Assembly: GCF_009914755.1 (NCBI RefSeq)
Contig: NC_060927.1
Origin: the human T2T-CHM13v2.0 reference genome, Homo sapiens
Reading direction: 5' to 3' (one strand)
DNA length: 64,000 nucleotides
Shown: piece by piece, positions 42,271-58,525 of the stretch
Layout of the letters: every line of letters begins with the position of its first letter
Numbering within the stretch: position 1 is the first letter of the stretch
Made by a program: the position numbers and the translations under genes
The notes under the pieces: model-generated
What the model saw: only the letters and a program-made list of their open reading frames with translations
Databases searched by the model: none
What the model was told of the DNA's origin: nothing

Positions 42271-45200
42271 CTTTCTACTCTTTGTTTCTCAGTCTTCCCA
42301 GCTGTGAAATGGGCACAATCACAGCCTGCCCGGGGTACAATCTCAGGGTTTCCTGCTGGCATCCTTGAGTGACTTGGATCCAGGTCCCTGGGTTCCCACA
42401 TGAAAGCAGGCAAAGCCAGCCCACTCTTGTCCCAACAGCTGAGTTCTTCCCTGAGCCACCAGGCAGCCTCTCCCTCCCCATGGCTTCCTGGGCCTTTCCT
42501 CTTGGAAGACACATTAAAGGAGGGGCTGAGCTTCTGCAGGCAGACAAGCTGCCCACATCAGCTGGGCCACATCAGCAGAGCAGCAGACCACGGGTGGGAG
42601 GAGCATTTCTGCTCAGCAACACAACCCTGGTGCCCACATCTTTGGCAGAAAGTTATTTTTAAATTTTCTTAAAAGGGGACAACGACAACAACAACACACA
42701 CACAGACACAGGCACACAGATCTAATCAAATCCACACACCTAACCTCACGCACAGTGTGAAGGAGCAAGGCCTGGTCTCCTGGAGTTGTTTTCTTCCTGC
42801 TGGAATTCTTGCTTTATTTGGGATTTGATGGGAACAGGCTGAGAGAAGTTTTCTGCGATACAAGTCATATGCAAAAGTAATTAAAGCCAGAACCAGAGCC
42901 CTGCTTATAACTAAATTAGCGGAATGCACACTCCAGCTATAATCCTAAAGTTCACTCACTTCATTCTTAGGTTTCACCCCCTCAGGATTAAGTTTGGGGT
43001 ATCAAGTATACTTATTGAACTCCTACCACCACTGTCTCCTTCTCAAATACCATGCCCCCCACTCCATTCTGCCAAGCAGAACTGTGCCTTGTGTTTTAAA
43101 CCCTATGAGATGAGGTGTGAGTACTCAGGTAGGGGCAGCCTCACAACCCTTAGCCCACTGAAGCCCAGGAAATCGACTCAGGGAACAAGAACCGAGCTCA
43201 TGGCTTCCAATCCCTAGGAGGGTGGCTTGAGGCAATTGACAATCTCTCAAAATCTTAGTTGATTCAGCTGTACAATGCGGCTACTGCTAATAGCCTCGTA
43301 GCTGCAAGATTGTTACGAGGGTCAGCAACGTGCATAAAAAGCGACCTCAGCCTAGTCTCTCACACAGAATAGGAGCTGAATCTATGATGACTGCTATCGT
43401 TAATGGTGTTACTGCTTTTATGATTTTAAAGTTTCTGTCAGAGGCTCAGAGAATAAAAGCAACCTTGCTCAAAGTAGGTGCACAGGAGAAATCCGGATGG
43501 CACTGGAGGGTGAGATAGCACAGAAGAGTCAGTGACTCTCATGCTTATTGTGGTGCTGCCACCCAAACCAGCTGTGTGATCTCAGGAAAGCCACCTTCCT
43601 TCTCTGGTCCTCTCTACACGGCCTGAAGGGTCTCTCTGGGCATTTCCTGTCCTAGTGCACCTTTCTCTAAGACTGCCACCAGCTCTCCACAAGACATGTG
43701 GGCAAGTAGGAAAGGTTCCAGCAGGGGGATCCAAGCCCAGGCAGGGATGAGCTGCTGCAGGACCCCAGGAGAGGAGGCAAAGCTTATATCCAACCAAAAA
43801 GACTTCTGTTGGGGCTCCCTGCCCAGGGCTGCCCGCCAAGCAGGCAAATCAGGCAGGCACACCTGGTCCTCGAGACACACCTGTGAGACAGCGGCACAGG
43901 CTAGGAAGACTCTGAGGGCTGGGTCAGTCCCGACCCACACCTGTGCAGTGATTCTAGCTCCTCTGCTTCTGGCCAGCTCCCAGGTGGAGCCCTCTGATTG
44001 GATGAGGTCTGTCCAGAGAAGAGCTGGGGCTGGAAGAGCTAAGGGAAAATCCCAGGGGAAAAAGGAGAAAAAGAGAGAACTAATAATAGTTGCCATGTAT
44101 TTAGCACTTACTGTCAGGCATTAGACTAAGTACTTAAGGTGACTTAGAACTCATTTAATCCCTTAGCAGAATGGCAGATATTAACAGCAAAATTAATGGG
44201 GCAGGATGTTGGGGAGTATCATTTGCTCATAAGGTAAATGGAATATACTCCCTGTCTTTCAATCACTTCATTCTTCCTCTCCCTCCCACTCCCTCAATTC
44301 TGCCAGCATTTGGTAATTTGAGTTATTTTGAAACAGAAATCTTGCAGGGGGCAGGGAGGGAAGCCAGGGAGAGGGCTAGCAAGTGGGTTTGGGCAGCCCA
44401 TGGCAGTAGGGTGTGCTATTGGTGCTGTAGGGTCACAGGACTGAGAGGAGACCCAGAAAGGAGAGGGAGTAAAAAGGGTCACCTCTCTGTGGCAGGAGTC
44501 TGTCCTGCCCTCCCCTCCTCTCCAACAGTGGTCTGTGAGAAGCCTAGGAAAGCCCACTTGAGAAAAGAAGGTGCAGGAAGGAAATGCACCTCATGATTCT
44601 GCAGATCACACACTCCCCTGGAGCAGGCTGTGAGCAGGTTCTCTACCTGCAGACTGTAGATCCCATGCCTTCTGTCTAAAATGGCCTGAAATACACACTG
44701 CCTCTCTGCTTTCTGCAGGGAGCTGGTTCTGTGGGGATGATCTTAAGGGACAAGCCCAGAGGATACTTTGCTAGGAAGACCCCTCAATTCTGAGGGCATG
44801 GGCACAAGTGAACTGTGAGAGAAGCTGCCCAGGCCTGGCTTCTAAATGTGGCCCCTGGTCCTCTCTATGCAGTTTAGGGGAGGCACCAGGTCCCATGGCC
44901 TGTTTCCCCTGAGAAAACATTAGCTCTGTGACTCAACTAACACCTGACTGATTGGAGGAGAGGGAAGAAGGAAGGCGCTTCTGTGTGTGTCCTCCTTTCC
45001 ATGTGAGCCTAAGCCATTCAGCTGGAACAGGTCTTCCGCTTGGAAGAGGGAGCAGGAAGCACTGCTGACAGGAGGGGCTGCGGTGACATGGTTGCCAGTA
45101 GGATCCCAGACTCTTATCAAGTGAAGACTGTCACCAGCCCCAGCTGTCCACAGCTCCTGCTGGACCCCTGGGGCCAAAGGCAGTTGCCATCACTCGTTTG

Positions 45201-46750
45201 GCTCTGGTGCATCCATGGTTGACTCGAGCTTCCATTACTGAAAGGCCTGGGGATACTTCTATTCCAAATCCTTCCCCGTGTGACACAGCAGAGGAGAATG
45301 AGACATGAGCCAACCTGGTTTATCAACTCCTTTAGGACCTGGGATTTGAGAAGCAGGTTTGCAGTTTTCTAATTACATCCATCAACACAATCTGCCTCCC
45401 GTGGCTGAAGCCCAAAGCCTGGCAAACGGTATTAAGGATTTCTAGTTTTACTTCCATCCTTGGTTAGCACTGACAGGAGAAGGCAGGTGCACACGGAGGG
45501 AAGTGAGGAGGGAGCCGAGACTGGGTTTCTCCAACACGCCAGAGGAGGGAAGGTGCTAAATCTAGGTGGAGGTTTTTCCCATAAAAATCTAGGGTTTTTT
45601 TCCCATACAATTCTCAGGCTGGCTGCCTCAACTAAAGAGAGAGAGGGCCAATTCCTAATTCAGGGTCAAGTCCAGAGCTGTATCATAAACACAGCTGGGG
45701 TAACCACCAGTCCTAGGAGAGTAGTAACAACAGATTTACAACCTAAGAGGAAGCACAGTGGTGACTGCAAGACAGAGGACTTGGGTGGAGCCATCACGTC
45801 ACAGGCTTTGTTGTTACACACACCTAGACTTGAACCCTGCTACTGCCACACAGTGGCTGGATGACCGTGGGTGATTTACTTAACTTCTCTAAACCTCAAT
45901 TTCCCCATCTGTACATCTGCAGGGTAGTATGATTAGCAGCAGCTTTAAGCAGCTATCAGAAAGTAGATACTCAAAATACTCAATACATTGTAACTGTAAT
46001 AAGTAATTTCTAACCATGTCTGGCATGTAGCAAGCACTCAAAAAATGGTAACAATTTGATAATAGTCAGTTATGATGAAGACTCAGGTTTCACATTTCAC
46101 TTAAATGTTTTAGTTCATTTAAATATTGCTACAAACATTGCCCTATATATCACAAGGAATAGATTATTAATTCATGCTTTTATTTTTATTTTTTAATTCA
46201 TGCTTTTAAAGTGCTTTTTTAAATCAATTACTTATAATTGTTGGACAATATGCATTGCTCTCATCTTCTCAGATTCTAGGTTACTGTTTGCACACTGAAA
46301 AATGGCTGGATTGCAGAATGTCAGCGATGAAAGAGAACCTAAATCATGTAGTCCGCTCCCTTATTTTATGGATGAGGAAACTAGGGTCCAGAGTGGACCA
46401 CTGTATCTTCAAAGACTGAGTTGAGATCTCTGAAGCTGGCAAAGCACAGAGAACAGGCCATGGTAATCTAAGCAGGTGAGCCGTCTGTATAGAGCTGATC
46501 TAGGGAGATGGTGGTGCCTGTATATAAGAGCAAGGAAACTCATCTGGTAAAGAGATGGGTCAAGAGAAATGTTGAAAAATAGTCATTACATTGATTGAGA
46601 CTAGCTTGTGGAGGGCCTAGAGGATGGTGATACTTAGCTAATGTTACCAAAAGGGTTTTTACTTAAAATGAACATTTAGCTACTTATTTAACAACTGATG
46701 AAATACTTTCCTAATCAATATCCCATTTCAACTTCACAACATACTAAGAT

Positions 46751-47068
<318 letters not shown>

Positions 47069-47242
47069 TGAGATATTTTATAGCACCACTTTATGGATGG
47101 AACACCCGAAGCTCAAAGACCAGGTGAGTCTTGCCTAAGGTCATATAGTTCATAAAGCAGTACTGGAATCCAGTCCTTCTGAACTTCAAATCCAACTTGG
47201 CAACATGCTTAGAAAGGGTTTATCAAGATATGTTAAATCTTA

Positions 47243-47737
<495 letters not shown>

Positions 47738-49251
47738 TCATGCCTGAGGAAGAGACCATGCATACTGGCAAATTTGTGCAAGGCTGACACCACCATCAGC
47801 AGATAGTCTTTCCCCATGCACAGAGAGGTTCCCAGAATGTAGTTAGAGATTGTTCCCATTCAAAGGCCAGAAATCTCTGTGTTCTCTCCAAAACCTTGCT
47901 GCCCTTCTCCAGACTCCCTCAACTCTCCTCCCACTGGCTGGGCACAAGCCCAGACCCCAGCCTTAGGTGCTGCATCAGAATGGCCAGGAGGCCTTGGCAG
48001 TGTGACAAGCTCTATGTTTCCACATGCAGTTCACCCCCTGCCCTCACTGCCCTCCTGAGATATGAGGGCTCCTCCCCAGACAGCCTCCAGCTGTGGATGA
48101 GAAACAATGGCTTAGTGCTTCCTGGAAATTACCTGGGGAGATGGAGAGCTGCCAAGCCAAACCTGCCAGGGTCATCAGCTCAAGGCCGACAGTCAGGCCC
48201 AGACACAGCCCGGCTCTTCCTCCAGCCTCCTTCACCCTTCACTGCAGAGGGCTGTCTCTCTCCCTGTTTCTGCTAGTTCCACTTCCACACAGCCCTGTCC
48301 ATTCTCACCAGGGGCAGGGCACAGGGATCCCGCTTCTCAGGTTCCTTTAGAATTCTTTGGTACCAACCTTAGGTCCTTTGAGGATGAGACTCACTTACTC
48401 TAGGTGCCTGGAATTTCACAGCTGGAAGGGACCTTTGAAACTACTTTCAATCCCACCTCCAGCCCAGAGGGGTGTGGCTGTATGCCCTTTGGGATATTTG
48501 AGGCTACCTCACCCTAGAACATCAACTTTACTCAAAGATTTGGGTGAAGCATTTTTATATTACAACCAAAAAATTCAGATCATTGTATAGGATACCAACT
48601 GTAAGTAGATTTTACAAATAAATAGGAGTTCAAAGAAATGCCAGGCTTTCTGCAAGCTGCTACAGGCTACACCCCAAGCCCCTAACCCTAGAATACATGC
48701 TCTTTCTCTACTGTCCTCAGGGATGGCTAAGTCAGAGAAGCACTGGTCCAATTACAGAAAGGAAACCTAAGGTCCAGACAAGTGCAGTGACTGAACCACA
48801 TATCGATTGTCACTAATACAAACAACCCATTTATTGAATGCTTATTGAGGACTAGGTACTGTACTGAGGGCTTTATATAAGTTTACTGTAATTTTCAAAG
48901 TAATTCTATAAGATACATACTGTATTACTTTCATTTTAAAGATAAAGGAAGCACTCAGAAGTTGAGTAATAGTAGCCAAAGTTCTCAAAGCTAATAAGTA
49001 ACGGCTACTTATTATCAACTGGATTTGAACTGAGGTCTCTGATTCCAGGCTTCAGACCCTTGGTGACAAGGTCACATTGTTAGAGATGCCACACGGAAGA
49101 GCTGGGAGTGGACTGGAGTTCAAAGGTCCTGGTGTCCTGTCCTGGCTCTGCTGCTAGATTGCACATAATCACAGAACTCAGAGAGCCCCTGGCTCACCTT
49201 CTCAGTCTATAGATAAGAAAACCAAGGCCTACAGAGAAGAAACTGACTTAA

Positions 49252-49765
<514 letters not shown>

Positions 49766-52700
49766 CTAAACCTCTCACCAGTAAGCAGGATGGAGCATAC
49801 TAAGGAAACCTATTTGACAATCCCAGTTGCCCTGCTTCTGAGACTAGCTTGTCAGTCTGCTAGTGATGAGCTAAGCCTTGTATTACAGGAAATAGGACGT
49901 ACACGCAGTAGCCAAATGCCACAGCCACAACACACAGCCCTCTCAGCAAGGAAATTCCAGAAGTTCATAATTTCCTGCGGTTCTTATACATAGGAATCCT
50001 CTTCTATATTCCAACTTCTTAGGCCACTGTTGTTTGTCTAAAAGGCCTACTCCACAGCTGGACAAAAGGATTGAGAAGATGGGACTCTCCTGACTATTTC
50101 GAACAGTTTACCTGATCATGGTTCTCAAGCTTTATCAGGTTTGTGCTCTCAGCAGAGCAGGAAGAACTAGGGCCTAAGGCTCAGAACTCATTACCTGTCC
50201 GCACACCCATCACTGTGTATTTACTGAGTGCCCACAATACCCGCTAGGACTATAAATAAGGTGAGAGGTTCAACTACCTCCTCCCAATACAATGACATAA
50301 GTGCTGTAGGTGAAACGCGGACATAGGCCCCTCCCCCAGACCTCAGGACAGAATGGCCGTGTTTCCCGTGGTTCCCATAGTCTCCCTGTGACTTCCCTCT
50401 CCTCCCCTGCCCCTGCTTCCCTTCCCAATCAAGGTGGCCACTCTCTGGAACGAAGAGTTCAATCTGCATCTCCCTGTGAGCCATGGGTGAGCAGGGTGGC
50501 CCTGGGTCTGGAGCTGGCGTCTGTTGAGCCTAGGCCTTTCTGGGCCTCAATCTCAGGCTTGGGCCGGCCCACTGTGTCAGGGTTCAGCCCTCTCTGCTTC
50601 ATTTCTGGCGCTCAATAGAATACAAAATGAGGAAATGTAAGCCAGCTCTAAGCCTGGCCCTGGCTCTGCCAATGGGGATGCCAGTCATGTCTCTTCTAGA
50701 TGAACAATCCCCCCAACAGGCTCAGGACAGTTCTCACCTTCCCTGTCGTGCTCCTCAGGTAGGCAGGTGAACCCACTCAAGCACCAGCTGCATGCAATGC
50801 CTGTGGCAGGACTGGCCGGGAGTCCAGTCAGACCCTTGGCTGTCCTCATGTGACTCACACAGGCCCTTCCACACCATGCCCTGCCTGTCTCCCAAAGGAC
50901 ACCCTCCAGTTCCAGGTTGTCTGCAGGGCAGTCAGTGATGTTGCTGAGAACAACTGATTTTTGCCATCTGCAATGATGGGTGATAACAGAGATCGACACA
51001 CTTTTCTCCCTTAACAGTCTCATTTTTCTAGCAATCATGGCTACCTTTTTCTCCTCACACTTCACCAAAGATACTAATGAGGCTAACACATGTTTCTCCT
51101 TTTCTCCCAGCCCTAAATCTCTTCTAGAATGGGGCTAACTGGAAAGAAATGGTGACCTCTGAGAACCTGGAGAAGGTATGGAAAAAACCAATGATCAACT
51201 GAGAGCACAGCCCATCAGCAGGAACACAAAGAGGAACTTCTGCTCGGAGGTGTCAGCTCAGCTGGTTTCCAGTGGAGAGGAGAAAGTGCGTGTCCCCTCT
51301 CAACCCTTTCTGAAACAGGGAGCCATTTGCACTCGGGGTGAGGGAGCCCTTCCACACAGGATCCTCCATCAGCTGCAAGGGGGAAGTACAGGCAAATGCA
51401 GGGCCAACAGGGAGATCAATGGACCACCATCAGCTATTAGCTGCACTCATACCTGGCTCAGGGATCATGGGCCTTGAGGATATGAGGCTCAACTTCCAAT
51501 AGGGAATTTGGAATCCTATTGGAGAAAACAGATTATCAAAGAGAAAAATAGAGCCCCAGGAGCCAGGAAAGTGGGATGGAAAATTAAAAAGCTAATGGGG
51601 CATTGACCTGTTCAAAGGCCCTAAAACCCTTCATGCTTGTCTACTCCTGAACTTGAAATTCCACACCCTACCGGGGACACTGTGCTAAACAAAGGCAGCA
51701 GTTCATTTTTTTTAGCATTCAGCCTGGAGTGCCTAGCATTTATTGAGTGTTAGATGCTCTCTCTCGCCAACAGTAACAAGATTGGTATAGTGCTCTGAAG
51801 AGCAGTATGTTGTTTATCATCCCTGTAAAGCTTTGAAACGGCAATTCTAGTGCCAGAACATTTTCTTTCAAGCAATTTAGGTAAGCTTCTACCTGGTGGA
51901 CACAGCAGCCAGCCAGCTAGGCCCCTCCAGGTGTGATTGATTAGGCCAGAAAGCAGTACTTCACATACTTATTTGTATCATTTTTCTATAAAAACATATC
52001 TATTAAATTAACAATTCACTTCTAACTACTAACCCCCATTTCTAACAGTTATATAACATTGAACAGAATGCTATCACCTGGAGCTTTTATCATTAACGCT
52101 CAATATAAAGAATCCATTTTTAATCTCACTCTGGTTTTTTGTCATTACCCAATATGGAACTGTTCTTAGAGAAAGCAGACCCCTGGGACTTCTCAGAGTC
52201 AGCGATAGAGATTCAGGACGCCTACACTGAAGAACTCTTGCCCCCCAGTTCTGTTCCCCCTCATACCTATTAGTCAGGGCTGGGTTCTATCACCTTAATG
52301 GCTTCATCCCGCTCTGCTTCTGGGCTCAAGAGAAAAACTGAATTCATTATTGACAGCACCTGTTCCTTGTGATGTAAGCTTAAACCAAATGAGGGGCGGT
52401 CAGAACCAACTTGCTTACACCTGTTTCAGTTTAAGACTTTGCAGTGGTACTTTCTCCCCCACTGAAAGTCAGGTTTCCCCACCCAACCTCTCTAGGAAGC
52501 TATGGTTTGACATTAGCCCATGCTTGCTCAGGTGTCCTCTCCACAGATCCCGGCCAATTCCATATCTAGCCTGGCCTCTAAAGCAGAGCGTTCTCTCTTG
52601 AGTGAGACAGTGGTTTCCCCTTATCTCTTAACTAGAGACTTAAAACAGTGTCCAGGTGCCAAAAGGTAATTTCTTGCTTAAGTCCAGGAAAAGCCAGAGT

Positions 52701-53594
52701 TTGCCCCAACACTTGTCACCTGTGTCCCTCAACCAACCAACTGAACAAAACATCTATGAAAGACCTAGATGTCTCTTTACTTTGGAAATCCCTGATGCAG
52801 GGCCAACTGTTAATCTGTTTGTTCACACATCCAGTCAGCTGTGCCTGTCACGGCTTCTCCGTTGACTGGGGGCCCCACTGAGCTGAGGCTGTCTGTGAGG
52901 AGATACTTTGTGAAGGTCTTTACCTCCTGTTTCGCAGTGCTCCCAAGATGTCCAGCCAGGCATATTGGGGCACTCAGGGTCACACCAATTCTCCTGTGGG
53001 CACAGGGAAGGGGGCCTTCTCCACAATCCCACCCCACTTTTCTTGCAAGATGAACCTAGGCTTGGCTCCCAGGCTAGATCACTGATGGTCAACTTGGCAG
53101 TCTGCTCAGTAATGGGGTTCCCAAAAAACGTGCCTTGACAGAGCCGATAGAAGAAAGGGCAGACAGCAGGAAGTAAACAGAGCCCACTCAGGCCAAGTCC
53201 CTATCTGCTTAAAGTTATCATCCTCTACCATTTGAACTGATTTTTGCACTAGCCATACCAGGGCTTTTTCATGAAAAGTCAAGAACTTGCTAATGCTAAA
53301 AGGTTGCAAATAGGGGAAGGTTCAGCTGGCAAATTATTTACCCTTACTTAAGCTTCTGCTTATTGAGATTTTAATGGTCATGTACCAGGTTTGTGGGATG
53401 GGGGAGGAAGACTGCAAGGGGAAAAGGAGCTCTTGGGTCAAAGTTAAATATGAATTCTAGCCACATGCTGGGGCAGCTTGGGAATAATTACCTTGGTTAT
53501 CTTAATCAGGATAGACAGCAGAACTGTATTCATCTACAACACCTGGGCCACTTCTCCATCAGGCTGGGCCCACCTCTGCGTCAGGGAATCTTAA

Positions 53595-53993
<399 letters not shown>

Positions 53994-54110
53994 TAGGGTG
54001 ACCACATAACATATTATCCAAATGAGAGCTCTTGAGAATGGAAAGGGCTCTTTGAATACTCATGCTGGGACTATTCAGGGGAGCCGGGCTATACATAAGG
54101 CCACCTCTAC
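53994..54110. mobile_element. MER81-like hAT-Blackjack element
   Basis: tagggtgacca.ataa..tattatccaaa...ttgaga..gaaaggg...tgggact. Confidence 0.55.
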
Positions 54111-54174
54111 CCTAATCACTCCCATGTCTCCCTAAGTCTAGACACAAGACATGACTTCAAAGATATCTTCCCCA

Positions 54175-54305
54175 TGCAGCTGTGTCAAATTTGGTGCCTG
54201 CCCTGCCTGTGTAGGCACTGACCCAGAAGGCTGCCACAGAAACACTGACTCATGGGCCCTGTTCCTGTGTCTCGGGCTCAGGGATAAATTTGGTTACAGA
54301 TACCA
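54175..54305 (+). ncRNA. SNORA5: H/ACA snoRNA retrocopy, SNORA5A (ACA5)-like; possibly a pseudogene
   Basis: TGCAGCTGTGTCAAATT...GTAGGCACTGACCCAGAAGGCTGCCACAGAAACACTGACTCATGGGCCCTGTTCCTGTGT...CAGGGATAAATTTGGTTACAGATACCA closely resembles SNORA5A as recalled. H box ACAGAA at 54236-54241; ACA box reads ATA at 54300-54302. A-rich tail at about 54315-54330 and 15-bp TSD (54159-54173 / 54328-54342). Confidence 0.88.
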
Positions 54306-54879
54306 AGCCTCTAGAAAAACAAAAGACAAAGGTATCTTCCCCGGCCACATTCACCCTATTCCGGCCAAGCTCAGGCTTCATGTCCCCTCTGTCCAGGAAC
54401 CTGTTATTTCACACTCCGGGTTATTTTGGACATGTTCTCATAGCTGTCCTTACTCCTTTGCTAGACAGACAGTGTCTTGGTTTCTGACTCTTTACAGGAA
54501 TGTTGAACTCACCCGAGTTCCCTTGTCTCATCATCTTTTGTCATTCATAAACAAATAAACAATATTGGCTAAAAGTTTGGTCGTGAGTACGATTACAAAT
54601 GACTTTTCCCCCAATATAAATACTATAATTTTCTGTAATATTTTTCCAATCTGTTTCTATGTATGTACTTTTAAAAATAAAATTATATATACAAATTATC
54701 ATTGCCTTCATTTTTCATGCTTTTCCTCAGATATGGAACACTCTTCATAAATCTTATTTTCAGTGACTGTATCATATTCTAGCAAGTAGACAAGCCAAAA
54801 CTTAATGATGCCCCTGTTATTTACTATTTAGGTTGCTTCCAATTTCATTAAAACAAACAGTTTCATGGACATAAACTGA

Positions 54880-55254
<375 letters not shown>

Positions 55255-56824
55255 TGAGTCAGAGTGCATGGGATTTTATGGCTCTTGCATCCAGGTCCTC
55301 TTGATTCCTGTCAACTTGCCTGGTGCTGACTTGTGGCTCCCCAGTATTTTACTCTCCTGCCTCAGCCTCCGTTTAAGCTTGTTCTTCTTGATCTGGTGCC
55401 AGAATTCAGGCAAGTATCAGGTCCAGGGATTCCTACATGGTTTGAAGGGATGTACACTTAGATACCCAACCAAGTTAGGCAAGCCTTGGGAAGTGAGGCA
55501 AGTATTGAGTAAGACAGAAAAGGATCCAAGCTTCGAGAAGTCGTGAAGTTCAAAACGATTGCTATCAAGCAAAACATGAGGCTTCTGCCCTCTCCAGTAT
55601 AATCCTGCCAGTGGGGGCAGCTCTGGAATGCCTCCCATGGTCTTTTCCACCCAGCTGAGTCCTACTCCAACCTCAAGGTCCATCTCTTCTCTAAGCCCTC
55701 CCCACCCAGCAGGATCTAAGAGCCTCTAAAGCCCTATCTATGACATGGGTCCACAAGCACCCCATCCATCACATCGTGCCCACCAACCTATGAAAAGTAA
55801 GAAAAATGAGGACAACATGGGGAGCTTTTTATACCGCTTAACGTAAATAATTTAAAAGGCTGTCCTCTAATCTCAGTTTATGTCCTTCAAACTTTTTAGA
55901 AATTCATGTGTTCTTTCATTTATTTGTAAAAATGTAAATGGCTTTGTTTAATTAGAAGTTTGTTCATTCATCACGTTTTTGAGAGCTTACTACCTGCCAG
56001 GTGCTATAATAGTCCCTGGAGACATAGCAGTGAACAAAACAGATGAAGCTTCCCCTGCTCAGCCCAGCTCAGATTCTGCAGATCAAGGCCTTGTCTCCCC
56101 AGCTGCAATGCCTATGAGCAAGACCTGGGTTTGTACATCTTTGGATCTGCACACAGTAAGTTCTTAATACACACTTGCTGAGGACAGAGTTTTATAATGA
56201 TATCAACACTTCCTGGGAGGATGGTGGGAGCACTGGTGTGCACATCAGTATGCATTGATGGCATACATCCTATGGGTCTCCCATATGTATGTATGGCATA
56301 TGTATGCATGCATGGAAGCATGAAGTAGGCGCTGAAGTCAGCCAGCTCTGGCACCACACTGCCTGGCTTCCAGCCCCAGCTCTGCTGCAAGACCTTCAGC
56401 AAAGTTCTTGGACCTCTTTCAGCTCATGTCCTCCCTATAATGGGGGGAAGATGGTAACAACACTTGTCTCAGAGGTCATGAGGACTGAAGTCCTCAACAC
56501 AGTGCTGGTTCCCTGGAAGCCCTCCTTAAATGTGGCCTGTTGCAGCTATAACCATAGCACCAATCGGGTGCTAAATGAACCAGCTATTAGGCGACAGAGT
56601 CAACATTAAACCAAGAGAAAACTTCCACACTCCAGGGAACCAACCTGAAATTGAAGATGTATTTCACTGGTTGGCCAGAAAAGTTAATAACATAAGACAG
56701 AAATTTTCATTTGTACATAAAAGAGAGGGAAAAAAAACTAGACAGACTTTCTCCTCCTTCTCCAAATATGCCAATAATAGAAATATGGCACAATGCCCCT
56801 GCCAAATCCAGGTTTCTGTAATGA

Positions 56825-56955
56825 TGGGCACGTGCCAGAACTCAACCACAAACAGCCAGGCTGAGTTGGGGGGAGCAGAATTTGGGAATAAACACACACA
56901 GATCGGGGACTTTCCTGAAGTATGGACATTCCACAGACAGATCATTTCCGGTGCC
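56825..56955. promoter_or_regulatory. Candidate enhancer (E-box, RUNX, FOX, NF-kB, TEAD, ETS motifs)
   Basis: CACGTG 56829, AACCACA 56844, ATAAACA near 56888, GGGACTTTCC 56906-56915, CATTCC 56927, ATTTCCGGT 56944-56952. Confidence 0.45.
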
Positions 56956-58525
56956 ACAGAAAGCTTCGGAATTTAAGAAGTCTGAAGGAGGGTGCAGTAG
57001 GGTGGGAAACAGAGCATGGGCCACAGCCAGCAGAAGGACAAAGGCCCAAGTTTGTAGAGGCTGCTGTTAGCACTGAGATTTAAGTGGAATGCTGTGCAGA
57101 TTTAATATCAGTGGCGCAGATAAAATAATGTCAGCAGATTGGGTAATTAAAGCTTCTTGGCTCACTTCCTCACTCTCTCACTTTCTGGAAGGATGTTCAG
57201 AGGGAAAAGAGATGGGTGCAATAAACCAAGAATTCCTCAGGGTTATGAGGATATTTTTAGTTTCTCCTGACATCTAGGATAGCAGAGATATTATTTCAGG
57301 ATCAGATCTTGACTATGCCCTTTACACTGGGCTAAGCATCACTCTTTAAAACCCTTTGATGAAAATGAGATTCTTTTAAAGATGTCCACAGAGTAATTAA
57401 GACAAGACTACTTCTGGGGAGTCTTTAGCCCCTAGCAGAGGCCATTTCTAGCAGAGTGGAACATATACTGTGAAGCCAGTTGCCACCACTCCTGTTTCTT
57501 ACCATCTCCCCAAATTCCTTTCCCTACCTGCCCAGGGTTCCCCTCTGGGCCTGCATCTGGATCAGATCTGCTCAGCCCAGGCCTACAGCTACACCAGGGG
57601 AGTTGTCAGGGGGCCGTAGCAAGGTCATCACAGAGCAGCACTGGCCCAACCACCTGTTCCCACTTGCTTTTTAAAGCTTGGGCTACTTGACAAGGAAAGA
57701 GTGAATCACAGAACCACAGAATCTTATTCTGTCCCAAACTGGGCAACAGTGGGCCTCATGTGTGCAACGAGATTTGCCAGGGTATAGCTGAGCCATGAGG
57801 CTGGTGATTACAGGCTGATAGCGGGTAAGGAACCAAAAATAGGGCAGGCCTGAGAGTGCGAGGAGCTGCAGAACTAACTCCTCCAGATCCTTAGGGTGGT
57901 CCTGGATTCTCAAGAGGTAAGGCACCCTCCTCACACATGCAGAAACCATCTCTGTGCATGTCCAACAGACCTGAGGCCTGAGGCTCCAAGAAGGGACAGG
58001 GGGCATGGCAGGGGAAGGAGTTCAGGTCACTGTTAGCAGGGTCAGCTCTCTTAGGAAAGGTCTAGAGAACCTCATTAGGGCCATCCTCTTCCATTGCCCA
58101 GCTCCTATAGCAGAGGGGTTTATTGTGGGGACCTTGACAGAGCCCAGACAGCACATCTTTGAAAGGTAACCACTGAGTTACCACTCTCACAGGTAGTCCA
58201 TTCCCTTATGATGTCAGGGGGCACTGTATTATTCAAGAAATGATTTTTGCTGAGCCATGATATGCCTCCCCGTAAATGGACCCAATTCTGCCTCCTGCAG
58301 TCACACAGAGTGAACTCTCCTCTTCTATAAGACATGCCTACAAATGTTTGAAGACAGGCATCACTTATCCTTTATCATTCTGCAGATTAAACACAATCAG
58401 TCCCACTTCAACTATTTCTACTTGGCAGTTTTCAAATACATCCACTTCCTCTGGGCACACATTAGTTTGACTATGACCCTCTTGCTATGACTCTGAGGAA
58501 TGAAGAAAGAACACAACCACAGGGA

